Positions 9,812 through 19,881 are shown, counted from the first letter of the stretch. The stretch is 55,700 nucleotides of DNA from Minisyncoccota bacterium (GCA_031413715.1 JANOFO010000004.1:1-55700); one strand, 5' to 3'. Program-made: numbers and translations. Notes: generated from the sequence alone by a model not told the origin.

Positions 9812-10498
9812 CTAAATTATTATTAGATGTTTTGGTGACTTAGTGAGAGCGATACAGCCTTTCTTTGTGATAAGGCACGTATCCTCGATACGCATCCCGA
9901 GCTTGTTTTTCATATATAATCCTGGCTCAATCGTGATGACCATATTCTCTTTGAATTTCGGTCGAGTTTTCTTAAAGTAAATGCGAGGAGATTCATGTAT
10001 CTTGGTCCCTACTCCATGTCCAAGCGTATGAATAAAATATTTTGATAATTTACCCAGAGTTTTACGAGCAAGAGCGTCTACATTCGCACAGCGTATTCCA
10101 GCTTTTGCATATTTTATACTCAATTCATACGATCGTAGAAGTTGAGTATAGATAGATTTTTCTTTCTTAGTAGGTTTACCGATATAAATAGTCCGAGTCA
10201 TATCAGACATATATTTCTGATATACAACTCCAAAATCAATAATTACAAATCCAGAAAGTTTCTTCTTGAGCGGATTAAACGGATGAATCTCATTGCCGGC
10301 ATGTTTGCCTGAAGTTACAATCGGCTTGAAGCTCGGTCGGAGTTCTCTTTTTTTAATTTCCGCCAGAATAAAATCACGAAGCTCAAGCTCAGTCATGTTC
10401 TTTAGATTTTGTTTCAAAAGTACATCAAAAATGGCATCCGTCACTCGGCATGCCTTTTTGATTTTCATTATTTCATCTTTAGTTTTTACTTGGGCCAT
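9812..10498 (-). CDS. M24-family metallopeptidase (Xaa-Pro aminopeptidase-like, catalytic domain only)
   Basis: Pita-bread fold metal-ligand pattern: DFGVVYQKYMSDMTRT, HGVGTKIHE, EPGLY, RIEDT. Confidence 0.8.
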   Translation of the reverse strand: MAQVKTKDEIMKIKKACRVTDAIFDVLLKQNLKNMTELELRDFILAEIKKRELRPSFKPIVTSGKHAGNEIHPFNPLKKKLSGFVIIDFGVVYQKYMSDMTRTIYIGKPTKKEKSIYTQLLRSYELSIKYAKAGIRCANVDALARKTLGKLSKYFIHTLGHGVGTKIHESPRIYFKKTRPKFKENMVITIEPGLYMKNKLGMRIEDTCLITKKGCIALTKSPKHLIII

Positions 10499-10510
10499 TT
10501 AAAAGATTTC

Positions 10511-10933
10511 TTAGCGCCACATGCCGAGGATAATTCCAAAGATGATAAACGTTACAAGATGTCCTCCAGTTGAAATCCAGAACATTTGCCATGCCATCTT
10601 TTTAGGCTTGCCGCTCCAGAGCGCTGAACCTGCTTCTGTCGTCATGATAAAGCCAAACCACGTACAGACCGCGATGCCGATAGCCGTAGCCGACGCATCG
10701 GACCAATTAGCGATATGAACTGAAAGTACTCCTGCCGTGATAAGAGAGAGGATGAACTGCACGAAATACATCGCTCCCATTCCTTTCCTCATCGCCGCTT
10801 TCTGCTCAGGTGTCATCATATCTGCGCCCATGACGCGCATATATGCTTTCCCAAACAACGGCCCGTACCACAAGAATCCAACCACCATCGCCACTACTCC
10901 ACACACCAAAACCGCTAGATAATTTATTTCCAT
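10511..10933 (-). CDS. DUF1761-like integral membrane protein
   Basis: Four predicted TM helices. The N-terminus MEINYLAVLVCGVVAMVVGFLWYGPLFGKAY is typical of that family (from memory). Confidence 0.55.
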   Translation of the reverse strand: MEINYLAVLVCGVVAMVVGFLWYGPLFGKAYMRVMGADMMTPEQKAAMRKGMGAMYFVQFILSLITAGVLSVHIANWSDASATAIGIAVCTWFGFIMTTEAGSALWSGKPKKMAWQMFWISTGGHLVTFIIFGIILGMWR

Positions 10934-11002
10934 ATATAAAATATATATAAATTTATAATACTCATATTATACAATTTCTTACTCTTCTTTGTCTACATGT
11001 CC

Positions 11003-11713
11003 TTATTCTTGTAAATATGCTAGCCAGTAATCACGCTTGTAAATTCGATTGTTGAAAGTTGCATAGCTCGTCTTCTTTTCAAGATGCAGTATTTTGAAAT
11101 ATTTACCATACATCTTAACAAAATCATCTCTTGAGAAAACTCGCTCAGTCAGGCCAATCTCTCGTATGACATATGTATCGTATTCTTTCCCTGGGCTATT
11201 CTTTAGTAAGTTCTTTACATTTTTGTTGCCATCTTTGGCCAAAGCACGAACAAAAAAATATCCTCCATCTTTTAAGACACGATTAACTTCGGAAAGATAG
11301 ATATTCCTTCCCTGCTCATCAAGAGAATTTGAAGATGTAACATCAAGGATAATATCGATCGATGATTCTAGAATATCGTATGGCATACCAATATCTCCTA
11401 ATCGGTAATCAACATTCACACCTAATTCTTTTGCGCGCGATTCTGCAAGGTTAGTCGCTGTTTTAGAAATTTCAATTCCAATAACCTTATTCCTTTTTTC
11501 CGCTAAGTAATTCGCATTGCGGCCCGTACCTGAACCTAGATCAAGAACTGTTCTACCTTCAACTTTATATTTTTGATCTTTTTTCAGAAACTTCAAGAAC
11601 CGAAGCGTATCAGCATTTGGGCCATCTCGCTTCGTGACAAGTTTCGGATTGCGGTATTCCTTCTCCCATGCGCTTCCCTGGTGCCCGCCCGAATGATTTG
11701 ATCGGGTAAACAT
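11003..11713 (-). CDS. Class I SAM-dependent methyltransferase
   Basis: Motif I is VLDLGSGTGRN. I use the ATG at 11713-11711 (MFTRSN...), which sits just after the ndh stop, instead of the overlapping start at 11734. Confidence 0.8.
   Translation of the reverse strand: MFTRSNHSGGHQGSAWEKEYRNPKLVTKRDGPNADTLRFLKFLKKDQKYKVEGRTVLDLGSGTGRNANYLAEKRNKVIGIEISKTATNLAESRAKELGVNVDYRLGDIGMPYDILESSIDIILDVTSSNSLDEQGRNIYLSEVNRVLKDGGYFFVRALAKDGNKNVKNLLKNSPGKEYDTYVIREIGLTERVFSRDDFVKMYGKYFKILHLEKKTSYATFNNRIYKRDYWLAYLQE
11682..11706. repeat. Degenerate copy of the GC-rich palindromic mini-element (methyltransferase N-terminus)
   Basis: tgcccgcccgaatgatttgatcggg compared with the purL copy tgcccgcccggatgacccgttcggacgggg: the first 10 nt are identical and the remainder is related. 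It encodes RSNHSGGHQ, compared with PRPNGSSGRAD in purL. Confidence 0.45.
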
Positions 11714-11714
11714 A

Positions 11715-12962
11715 TTATGCTTTGGTGATATCACGAGGATAGAAAATATTCACCGTCCAATCTACAACAATTTTTATTCTTTTTGATCTTGAAAGGAATT
11801 TAAAAAGATACACTGTGCGCCAGATAAACCAAGCTAAAGGACCAGAAAAACGAATTCCGTAAATGTCTGCTACCGCACGCCATTGGCCAAGAGATACAAG
11901 GCTTCCTTTGGATTGATATGAGAATGGCAAAAGAGATTTGCCATCAAGCATTCGCTTGATATTTGCTCCTGTATGCATGCCTTGATTGACTGCAACTTGT
12001 GCAAGCATGGGAAGGGGCTTGCCATCAACACCTGTGAGACTCGCTATATCACCAAGAATAAAAACATCTGGGCATCCCGGTATTTGAAGAGTATTATCAA
12101 TAATAATTCTTCCCCAGTTATCGAGGGGTACTGGGTGAGTAAACACTGGTGCATTCGGCTTCACACCTGCTGTCCAAATAACATGATTCACTGGTAAAAT
12201 AGAATCGTCATGAAGTATCACGGCATCCGCGCGGACCTCTTTGACTCCTGTACTAAGCATTACTTTTACTCCACTCTCTTTAATTATTTTAAGAGCGCTC
12301 TTGCGCAATGATTTATGAAAAGGCGCTAGGATCTCAGTATCTCGATTGATTAGATAAAGAGAAATATCCTCGCATTTAATAAGCCCATGATAATATTTTA
12401 AAAATGTATCATTAATAAAATCAGCAATTTCAGTCACAAGCTCTACACCTGTCGGACCACCACCAATGACAGCATAAGAGAGTTCTTTGCGACGAGCAGA
12501 TTGATCAGTCATCTCAGAGGCTTTCTCAAATGATTCTATAAGTGCCGTACGGAGTCCGATAGCATCATGTAAGTCTTTCAAGACCATACTGTATTCTTGT
12601 GCTCCGGGTGCATTAAAAAAATTAGTGGTGGCTCCAAGCGCAACAACAAGTACATCATAAGGCAATTCATCAATACTTGTTTTTACAATTTTATGCTCAC
12701 AATCAACAGAAAGAAGTTCGGCAACATGCAGTTTATCATTTGTCTTATAAATAATCTGACGGATCGACTCGACGACTTGATGGTGCGCAACCCCCCCAGT
12801 CGCTACTTCATGAAGAAGTGGAGTAAATAGAAAGTAGTTATTGCGGTTTACAATAGTCACATCAATTTCATCGTGACGAAAATATTTATAGAGACCTTTG
12901 TATGTATAAAGCCCTCCAAAACCACCACCCAGTATTACAATTTTTTTCTTTTGCTTGATCAT
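11715..12962 (-). CDS. ndh: Type II NADH dehydrogenase / pyridine nucleotide-disulfide oxidoreductase
   Basis: Two Rossmann motifs: IVILGGGFGG and AVIGGGPTGVE. Length 415 aa. Confidence 0.8.
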   Translation of the reverse strand: MIKQKKKIVILGGGFGGLYTYKGLYKYFRHDEIDVTIVNRNNYFLFTPLLHEVATGGVAHHQVVESIRQIIYKTNDKLHVAELLSVDCEHKIVKTSIDELPYDVLVVALGATTNFFNAPGAQEYSMVLKDLHDAIGLRTALIESFEKASEMTDQSARRKELSYAVIGGGPTGVELVTEIADFINDTFLKYYHGLIKCEDISLYLINRDTEILAPFHKSLRKSALKIIKESGVKVMLSTGVKEVRADAVILHDDSILPVNHVIWTAGVKPNAPVFTHPVPLDNWGRIIIDNTLQIPGCPDVFILGDIASLTGVDGKPLPMLAQVAVNQGMHTGANIKRMLDGKSLLPFSYQSKGSLVSLGQWRAVADIYGIRFSGPLAWFIWRTVYLFKFLSRSKRIKIVVDWTVNIFYPRDITKA

Positions 12963-12968
12963 GATTAT

Positions 12969-14336
12969 TTATATTGTTGCCAATTTAGAAGATATGCCGG
13001 TATATGAAAGTGGCGTAAACTTATTCAATTCTTTCTTGAGCTTGTCGGAAACTTTAAGACTTTCTATAAACTTCGCGAAGTTATCCATCGTGATTTCTTT
13101 ACCGCGCGTCAGTTCTTTTAATGCTTCATACGGTATTGGATATCCTTCACGGCGAAGGACTGTCTGTATAGCTTCCGCAATAACTTCTGGATGTGCTAGT
13201 AAGTCTTTCTGTATCTTATCATAATTGACACTTATCTTACCGAAACCCTTTTCTAGTGAGACATAAGCCAAAAGTGAGTGACCAAATGCTGTCCCGAATG
13301 CACGTTCCACTGTCGAATCAGAAAGGTCTCTTTGTAAACGAGAGACAGGCAGTTTCCGAGCAAAGAATTCAAAAAGCGCATTAGCAAGACCCAAATTCCC
13401 TTCACTATTCTCAAAATCTATCGGGTTTACTTTGTGTGGCATCGTGGAAGAGCCGACTTCGCCTTTCTTTGGCTTTTGCGTAATCCATCCGTCAGAAATA
13501 TATCTCCACATATCCTGATTAAAATCAAGGAGTATCGTATTAATTAATTTTAGGGAATCGAACACTTCGACGTACGAATCATGACATTCAATCTGGGTTG
13601 TAATGAGATTTGCTTCAAGCTTTTGAGTACGACCTTTATTAAAGCTCTCGATAAACTTTTTGCTAAATGCTGGCCAATTCACGCTCGGATATGCAGCGAC
13701 AAATGCATTGTAGTTCCCTGTCGCGCCGTTTAACTTCGCTTGGATTTTAATACTCGCTAGTCCTGTGAGTCTTTTCTTGAGCCTTGTGACAAATACATTC
13801 ATCTCTTTGCCGAATGTCGTAGGCGACGCACTCTGTCCGTGAGTTCGGGCAAGCATTGGCAGATCTCTATACTTCTTTGCAAGATTATATAATTCTTTAA
13901 CAATTTCTGATATCGATGGCACAAGTACATGATCGAGTGAATCAGAAATCATTAGCGCATACGCAATATTGTTCGTATCTTCTGATGTTAGTCCAAAGTG
14001 AACCCATTCGAGCATATTCTTTAGATTCGTATTTTTGAGACTGTCTTTAATGAAGTATTCGACTGCTTTAACATCATGATTTGTAACTCTCTCATGCTTC
14101 TTGATCTTCTGGTATGATGCGCCGTTGAACTTCTCATATAGAGCACGAATATTTTTTATTTCATTGGATGAAAATTTTCTAGGTCCGACTTTAGGTAAAA
14201 GCGATAGACTTATAAGATATTCGCACTCCATCATCACTCGGTACTTCATAAGAGCTTCTTCCGAGAAATATGGCGATAGAGCACGGGTTTTCTCAAAGTA
14301 TCGCCCGTCTAGAGGATTAATAGCTCCTTGTATCAT
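12969..14336 (-). CDS. purB: Adenylosuccinate lyase
   Basis: Fumarate-lyase signature GSSTMPHKVNPIDFEN. Length 455 aa. Confidence 0.9.
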   Translation of the reverse strand: MIQGAINPLDGRYFEKTRALSPYFSEEALMKYRVMMECEYLISLSLLPKVGPRKFSSNEIKNIRALYEKFNGASYQKIKKHERVTNHDVKAVEYFIKDSLKNTNLKNMLEWVHFGLTSEDTNNIAYALMISDSLDHVLVPSISEIVKELYNLAKKYRDLPMLARTHGQSASPTTFGKEMNVFVTRLKKRLTGLASIKIQAKLNGATGNYNAFVAAYPSVNWPAFSKKFIESFNKGRTQKLEANLITTQIECHDSYVEVFDSLKLINTILLDFNQDMWRYISDGWITQKPKKGEVGSSTMPHKVNPIDFENSEGNLGLANALFEFFARKLPVSRLQRDLSDSTVERAFGTAFGHSLLAYVSLEKGFGKISVNYDKIQKDLLAHPEVIAEAIQTVLRREGYPIPYEALKELTRGKEITMDNFAKFIESLKVSDKLKKELNKFTPLSYTGISSKLATI

Positions 14337-14446
14337 ATGGGGATTATAGAGAATTAAGCATTATTTAGCAAGGTAATATTTTAAAGCCTTATAAGTTATA
14401 CACACTTCTGCTTGTGCTATTAAAAGGCGTGTGTTAGAAAGAGAGT

Positions 14447-14527
14447 ATGGTTAACGGCAAACAACAAAAGAAGTACTCCACCGCGACAGTCGCTTTCTTT
14501 TTCAACTTTCTACATCTAGAAGGTTGA
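14447..14527 (+). CDS. Candidate 26-aa small ORF (MVNGKQQKKYSTATVAFFFNFLHLEG)
   Basis: ATG preceded by a purine-rich agaaagagag, with a strong hairpin plus T-run 35 nt downstream. There is no homology support. Confidence 0.2.
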   Translation: MVNGKQQKKYSTATVAFFFNFLHLEG

Positions 14528-14561
14528 TATTTGCGTTGTTAAAAATTCTCTTACAAAACAA

Positions 14562-14598
14562 ACACCAGCCCTCTAGAGGCTGGTGTTTTAGTTCTTTT
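14562..14598 (+). terminator. Hairpin plus T-run (intrinsic-terminator-like) in the purB / ThrRS-ED divergent intergenic region
   Basis: acaccagcc-ctctaga-ggctggtgt is a perfect 9-bp stem, followed by tttagttctttt. Confidence 0.5.
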
Positions 14599-14638
14599 AA
14601 AAAATTAATAATTTTCTTAACCTTTAAATTCAGTAAAA

Positions 14639-15142
14639 ATGAGAGCTCAATTTTTCCACACAAATGTCTTCCATTCTTACGTAGAAGGAGGATCTCAAAA
14701 TATTCCTCTGGAATCACAAGAACACTTAAAAAATAGAGAAAGCTACATGAAAGAATGTTTGACTGTATTTTTCCAAGTCGAAAAAGGTGATGGAGAAGGG
14801 CAGTTTGATTCCCTATGTAATGCTATTATGAAAATAGCACAAGAATGGGGTACAAAAAATCTAATGCTGTCAGGTTTTGCGCATTTGTCGAACAATCATG
14901 CAGAGCCACAAGTAGCTAAAGAGTTCTACGACAAGGTAATTTATTTCTTTAAAAAAAGAGGTGGGTATGATGTAGGATCCTCGCATTTTGGGTATGACAA
15001 ATGTTTACTGTTAAATGTAAAAGGACATCCAGGATCTTTTAAGTTCAGAGACTTTCCACCTGACAAAAGGAATATAGGAACAAAAGAAAGGATGAGGTCA
15101 AGTAGTTCAGTATATTTTGTAAAAAATGATCACTTGACTTAG
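14639..15142 (+). CDS. Free-standing archaeal-type threonyl-tRNA synthetase editing-domain homolog (tRNA-Thr_ED / DTD-like fold)
   Basis: MRAQFFHTNVFHSYV..., VFFQVEKGD, SGFAHLSNNHAEP and SSHFGYDKCLLLNVKGHPGSFKF match my memory of the Pyrococcus ThrRS N-terminal editing domain (MRVLLIHSD..., FAHLS, FGY...KGHP). No synthetase core is attached. Confidence 0.6.
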   Translation: MRAQFFHTNVFHSYVEGGSQNIPLESQEHLKNRESYMKECLTVFFQVEKGDGEGQFDSLCNAIMKIAQEWGTKNLMLSGFAHLSNNHAEPQVAKEFYDKVIYFFKKRGGYDVGSSHFGYDKCLLLNVKGHPGSFKFRDFPPDKRNIGTKERMRSSSSVYFVKNDHLT

Positions 15143-15221
15143 TTAAGCAAAATTTAAAACTTACGGGATGCATTAATCTGTATCCCGTATATTTATTTAT
15201 AAATCTAATCAAAATGATATA

Positions 15222-16202
15222 ATGCACTATATGGTTAAAAAGAAAGAAATACTTATTCTTGGAGCTGGTGTATCTGGCCTATCAACTGGCATATTGTTAC
15301 TTAAAAAAGGATACAGTGTAAAAATATGGGCAAGGGAACTTTCTCCTAATACGACATCGGATACAGCGGCAGCGATATGGTATCCCTATCTTTGTTCTCC
15401 TAGAGAAAAAGCTATTCCATGGGCAAAAATTACTTTCAAGTATCTTCTAGATGAGATACTGCCCGATTCAAAAGGTGGCTGCATTCGGAGAAGATTTTCC
15501 GAAATCTTTGATAGCAAGCAGCCAGAACCATGGTGGAGAGAGGCTTTCCCTGATGCAATCGATAGATTAGGAAATGACCAACTTCCAGAAGGATATATTG
15601 ATGCCTATTCAATAAATACCATCGTCATTGATACGAGTATCTACATGAAATATCTTGCTGATATTTTTAACAACCTAGGTGGAACAATAATTCAAAAAGA
15701 AGTCAATGACATCAATGAAGCTTTTGAAGAAAATAATGTAGTTATCAACTGCACAGGATTAGGATCACGAAATCTTTTTAATGATATGAAAGTATTCCCT
15801 GTCCGAGGCCAGATGATAAAAATCAAAAAAACCGAGATTGATGAAATTATTGTTGATGATACAGCTCATAACAATCTTTCACTCATTGTTCCGCGTCTAA
15901 ATGATGTTATGCTGGGAGGTACGGCACAAGTGAACGATTGGAACTTAAATATAGATTCCAAAGATACAGAAGAAATTCTTCGAAAAGCATTATTACTACA
16001 ACCTAAACTTGGTGAAATAGAAATAGTAAGTGAATCGGTAGGACTTCGACCAGCAAGAGAATCAATCAGACTAGAACCTGAATATTTCGGTGAAAAAGTA
16101 GTGATTCATAATTACGGCCATGGAGGTGCAGGGTTTACTCTCTCATGGGGATGCGCAGCTGATGTTGTTCTCTTAGTGGAAAAGTATTCTTCTACTCGCT
16201 GA
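15222..16202 (+). CDS. FAD-dependent D-amino-acid oxidase
   Basis: N-terminal ILILGAGVSGLSTG (FAD) and C-terminal HNYGHGGAGFTLSWGCA, the DAAO-family signature. An alternative start MVKKK lies at 15231. Confidence 0.8.
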   Translation: MHYMVKKKEILILGAGVSGLSTGILLLKKGYSVKIWARELSPNTTSDTAAAIWYPYLCSPREKAIPWAKITFKYLLDEILPDSKGGCIRRRFSEIFDSKQPEPWWREAFPDAIDRLGNDQLPEGYIDAYSINTIVIDTSIYMKYLADIFNNLGGTIIQKEVNDINEAFEENNVVINCTGLGSRNLFNDMKVFPVRGQMIKIKKTEIDEIIVDDTAHNNLSLIVPRLNDVMLGGTAQVNDWNLNIDSKDTEEILRKALLLQPKLGEIEIVSESVGLRPARESIRLEPEYFGEKVVIHNYGHGGAGFTLSWGCAADVVLLVEKYSSTR

Positions 16203-17184
16203 TTTTTTTAAGCTCAGAGTAAAGATTATCTTCAATTTCTACTTCGCCAGAATCAATTATTTTTCTTACCAACCGATCCCCTCTCTCTCCGGGAACAAAA
16301 ATTTCCTCAACCCCCGGAAGTTTTTTAGTATTTTTAACTTTTTGTATCATCTCTGAAACGCCATTTTGTACTGACGTAAGCCCTCCAAGAAGTTCCGGGT
16401 CAATGGCAATAATGAGGTGCCCGCCCCAGTTATTCGCAACATCTCCTATTCCAGTGAACGACGCCCCTACCAGCGGACCTGCAAGAATTTGCACCATCAT
16501 TGAAAGTCCTGATCCTTTATGACCTTTGTCAAAGGTTCGCAGAGCACCTTTATCGAGAACTTTCGCTGGATCGATTGTTATATTCCCTTCTTTGTCATAT
16601 GCAATATCCTGCGGAAGATTCTTACCGGCAGTATGTGCCTCAATAACACCAAAATACGCCATCGCAGCAGTAGCCATATCAAGAACAAGCGGCGTATCTT
16701 CTGTCGGTATTCCTATTGCAAGCGGATTCGTCCCGAAAATCGCTTCATATGACCCTTCAGTCGCAACTGTTTCTGAGGCGCCGGCGCATACAATACCTAT
16801 AAGATTCGCATTCGCAATCTTCTTCGCATAGTATCCAATGGCTCCCGAAGATGTGTTTAAGTGATTGATTCCGATAAGTCCTATGCCATGCTCTTTTGCT
16901 TTTTTTATTGCCAAATCGGCAGCTTGGGCGACAACAACCATCGCATGATTATTATGGCCGTTGATAAGCGCTGATAATTTATTCTCTTTTTCAAATTCCA
17001 TTTCCTTGACATCTTTAGGCTTAGGAATACCTTTGCCGATAAGCTTAACCACTCCTTGATTATTTCCCCGAAGTTGAGCGTACAGAAGAACTTCTTTAAT
17101 AATCGAACTTTCTTCTTCAGAATATCCGTACTTTTGGAGCGCCTTGTGAGTTTTTTCCTTTAAATCCTTTAGTGTAGTTTTCAT
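16192..17184 (-). CDS. Ldh_2 (malate/L-lactate dehydrogenase-2) family oxidoreductase
   Basis: FGTNPLAIGIP, LDMATAAMAYFGV and GHKGSGLSMM. This family includes ureidoglycolate dehydrogenase, sulfolactate dehydrogenase and DpkA imine reductases. Confidence 0.8.
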   Translation of the reverse strand: MKTTLKDLKEKTHKALQKYGYSEEESSIIKEVLLYAQLRGNNQGVVKLIGKGIPKPKDVKEMEFEKENKLSALINGHNNHAMVVVAQAADLAIKKAKEHGIGLIGINHLNTSSGAIGYYAKKIANANLIGIVCAGASETVATEGSYEAIFGTNPLAIGIPTEDTPLVLDMATAAMAYFGVIEAHTAGKNLPQDIAYDKEGNITIDPAKVLDKGALRTFDKGHKGSGLSMMVQILAGPLVGASFTGIGDVANNWGGHLIIAIDPELLGGLTSVQNGVSEMIQKVKNTKKLPGVEEIFVPGERGDRLVRKIIDSGEVEIEDNLYSELKKISE

Positions 17185-17204
17185 ATTATTTAAAAAATTA
17201 ATTT

Positions 17205-18167
17205 TTAAAGAGTTAATTCTAAGTTTTTCTTAATCCTTTCGATTGCGGGCTGGGAGAAGTCGTGCTCGAATTTCTCTCCAGTAATAGTTTCATATATCTC
17301 AATATATCGCCTTGAGAGCTCGGCGACAAGATCAGCTGGAGCCTCGGGCAAAACCGGATCATTGTATGGGTCGCAGTTGTCTTTGAACCATAGTCGCAAG
17401 AATTCTTTATCAAAATACTCGGGTTCTTCATCTTTATTGAACCGCTCAAGATAACTATCAGCTTTCCAATACCTAGATGAATCAGGTGTATGAATCTCAT
17501 CGATAAGGGTAAGCTTCCCTTCGCTATCTAATCCAAATTCATACTTTGTATCAACAAGAATAAGTCCGTGCTTGAGGGCTATTTCTTGTCCGCGAGCAAA
17601 TAATGCTTTCGCAACACGTTCAACTTCTTGTGTCATTTCTTTTGAAAGCAATCCTTCGGAGACAATTTCATCTGGTGTTATTGGCCGATCGTGCTCATCG
17701 GATTTTGTAGTCGGAGTAAAAAGAGCTTCAGGCAATTTCTGATTCTTCTTTAGTCCTTCTGGCAGAATAAAATTTCCAAAGTCACGTTTGCCATCCTTGT
17801 AGTGTGTCCAAAGAGAAGTCCCTGTCACACCTGTAATATACCCTCTCATAACTGCCTCAATCGGAAGCGGGGTGCATTTCTTTGCAACAAGGACATTCGG
17901 GTCAGGAACACTTATTACGTGGTTTTTTATAATGTCTTTTGTATTTTCAAACCAGAATGCGCTGATCTGATTAAGAACTTCCCCTTTAAATGGAACATGA
18001 GCAATAATGCGGTCAAAAGAAGAGTGCCTGTCTGTAGCTACTAACGTAATAGTTTCACCCTCAATATAAATATCTCTGACTTTGCCAACTTTCTTCTCCC
18101 CGATCCCCTCGAAGTTGGTTTCTTTTATTACATCGCTTATATGTTCTTTTATAGTTTCGATATTCAT
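17205..18167 (-). CDS. purC: SAICAR synthetase (long form)
   Basis: The LILVDTKYEFG and LIDEIHTPDSSRYW motifs are present. Confidence 0.9.
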   Translation of the reverse strand: MNIETIKEHISDVIKETNFEGIGEKKVGKVRDIYIEGETITLVATDRHSSFDRIIAHVPFKGEVLNQISAFWFENTKDIIKNHVISVPDPNVLVAKKCTPLPIEAVMRGYITGVTGTSLWTHYKDGKRDFGNFILPEGLKKNQKLPEALFTPTTKSDEHDRPITPDEIVSEGLLSKEMTQEVERVAKALFARGQEIALKHGLILVDTKYEFGLDSEGKLTLIDEIHTPDSSRYWKADSYLERFNKDEEPEYFDKEFLRLWFKDNCDPYNDPVLPEAPADLVAELSRRYIEIYETITGEKFEHDFSQPAIERIKKNLELTL

Positions 18168-18168
18168 G

Positions 18169-19326
18169 TTACTTATATATTATTTTAGTCCCTTCATTCA
18201 ACTTCGAGTGTATTAAAATTTGAGGAATCTCTTCTTTAGTTATCTTACCAGCGATCCTAGCTTCAATAGAAAATTCAGATGCTCTTTTAACGCAATAATC
18301 AGCATCTTTTTCATCAACAATAAGAAGCATTCCTTGTCCCCCATTCCATACTTCGTAAAATTCTTCATCAGTTAATTTTCTCCAATGTGCACAGTCACTC
18401 ATAATCTCTGGGGGTTCCCACAAATCTATAAGTTCAGCAGAAAGACCTCTTGGGAAAAGGATATCTCTTGCCAATTTCTCTTTGAATGCTCCACCTGAAA
18501 GATGCACTACCGCATGAATCGGAATTTCTGTTTTAAAATCTTTCGTAAACCATCCATGAAGTGTATTTACAAATGAATCGTATAGCACTGATGGAGTAGC
18601 AGCTTTTTGTACACTATCTTTCGCTTCAGGATTCTCAAACCATTTTTCTCCAAACTTTTCCCGAAGAGCACTCCTAACTGAACTGATGCCGTTACATCTG
18701 AATCCATTTTCTCTGAGAGCAATAACAACTTGCCCTGGAAGTAACGAGTCACCAGTTATCATTTTGTCTTTATGATAAGCACCTATCATCATGCCAGACC
18801 AATTTAATTTTGTTTTTGAATCGGTAATTTCGGATCCGATAGCCACGCCCATCTGCGCTGTCTCTCCTTTCAACAGAACAATTTTTTCTTTTTGAGCTAT
18901 ATCACCTAGCCCTACAATTGCACTTTTATAAGCCTTTTGTACTTCATCACCTTTATTACCTACGGAACTTGTATCGAAAACATTTATAAATATGAGCGGA
19001 ACGCCACCAAAACGAGTTATATCGCTTGCTGTCATCGCAATTATATCGTAGGCCGCCGCATAATGAGTTTTTGCTGCATCAATAACGATGCCTTTAGTAC
19101 CAATTCCATCTGTCGAAGCTTCAATCATGTATCCGTCTGGTAAATTTTTCAATGTAAAAGGTCGAGGTCCTCGAAAGCTTCCCCCTGAAAGATCATGCAC
19201 ATCTACAAAGGGAGAATTGCCGTAACTCGCTTTACAGATTGAACCACAGAAACTACTAAATGAAGCTTCTTCATCAATATCTACTCCATCTTCTGCATGT
19301 GCTTTTCTTTTTGTCTCTTTAATCAT
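18169..19326 (-). CDS. purM: AIR synthetase (phosphoribosylformylglycinamidine cyclo-ligase)
   Basis: EDGVDID...STDGIGTK N-terminal pattern and PurM-like architecture, within pur operon context. Confidence 0.85.
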   Translation of the reverse strand: MIKETKRKAHAEDGVDIDEEASFSSFCGSICKASYGNSPFVDVHDLSGGSFRGPRPFTLKNLPDGYMIEASTDGIGTKGIVIDAAKTHYAAAYDIIAMTASDITRFGGVPLIFINVFDTSSVGNKGDEVQKAYKSAIVGLGDIAQKEKIVLLKGETAQMGVAIGSEITDSKTKLNWSGMMIGAYHKDKMITGDSLLPGQVVIALRENGFRCNGISSVRSALREKFGEKWFENPEAKDSVQKAATPSVLYDSFVNTLHGWFTKDFKTEIPIHAVVHLSGGAFKEKLARDILFPRGLSAELIDLWEPPEIMSDCAHWRKLTDEEFYEVWNGGQGMLLIVDEKDADYCVKRASEFSIEARIAGKITKEEIPQILIHSKLNEGTKIIYK

Positions 19327-19838
19327 TTAATTAAATATTTTTTATATCCAACCTTCTTCAAATTTTCTGCTTTTCCTTTCACTTCTTTGTTCATTTTCTT
19401 TTTATAGAGAGTTATCTTATTCTGCAATTTTTTATCACTCATGCCTAGCATCTGTATTGCAAGGAGTCCTGCATTCTTGGCGCCATTTACTGCAACTGTC
19501 GCAACTGGCACACCCGGCGGCATTTGAGCGATCGAGAGAAGGGAGTCCAAGCCATCCATTGTTTTAGTTTTTATTGGTACCCCAATAACTGGAAGAGATG
19601 TCATCGATGCAGTCATACCTGGCAAATGTGCCGCGCCGCCTGCACCAGCAATAATAACTTTTATCCCTCGAACGCTTGCGTTCTTTGCATACGTAACGAG
19701 CACATCTGGAGTACGGTGAGCCGATACTACTGTAATCTCATACGGTACGCCAAAATCTTCAAGCACTACTGCTGCATCCTGCATCACTGGCAAATCCGAA
19801 TCCGAACCCATTATTATTCCAACTTGTATTTTTTTCAT
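19323..19838 (-). CDS. purE: N5-CAIR mutase
   Basis: GSDSDLPVM and [10 protein letters not shown] motifs. Confidence 0.9.
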   Translation of the reverse strand: MKKIQVGIIMGSDSDLPVMQDAAVVLEDFGVPYEITVVSAHRTPDVLVTYAKNASVRGIKVIIAGAGGAAHLPGMTASMTSLPVIGVPIKTKTMDGLDSLLSIAQMPPGVPVATVAVNGAKNAGLLAIQMLGMSDKKLQNKITLYKKKMNKEVKGKAENLKKVGYKKYLIK

Positions 19839-19881
19839 ATTAATAAAATTTTTTACCGTGAAGAGCTATTTTATGAAGGTT

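Noticed and set aside
14502-14717. 71-aa minus-strand ORF in the purB / ThrRS-ED intergenic region
   Set aside because: It spans the terminator-like hairpin and overlaps the start of the well-supported plus-strand ThrRS-ED gene. It has no motifs or coding-like composition.
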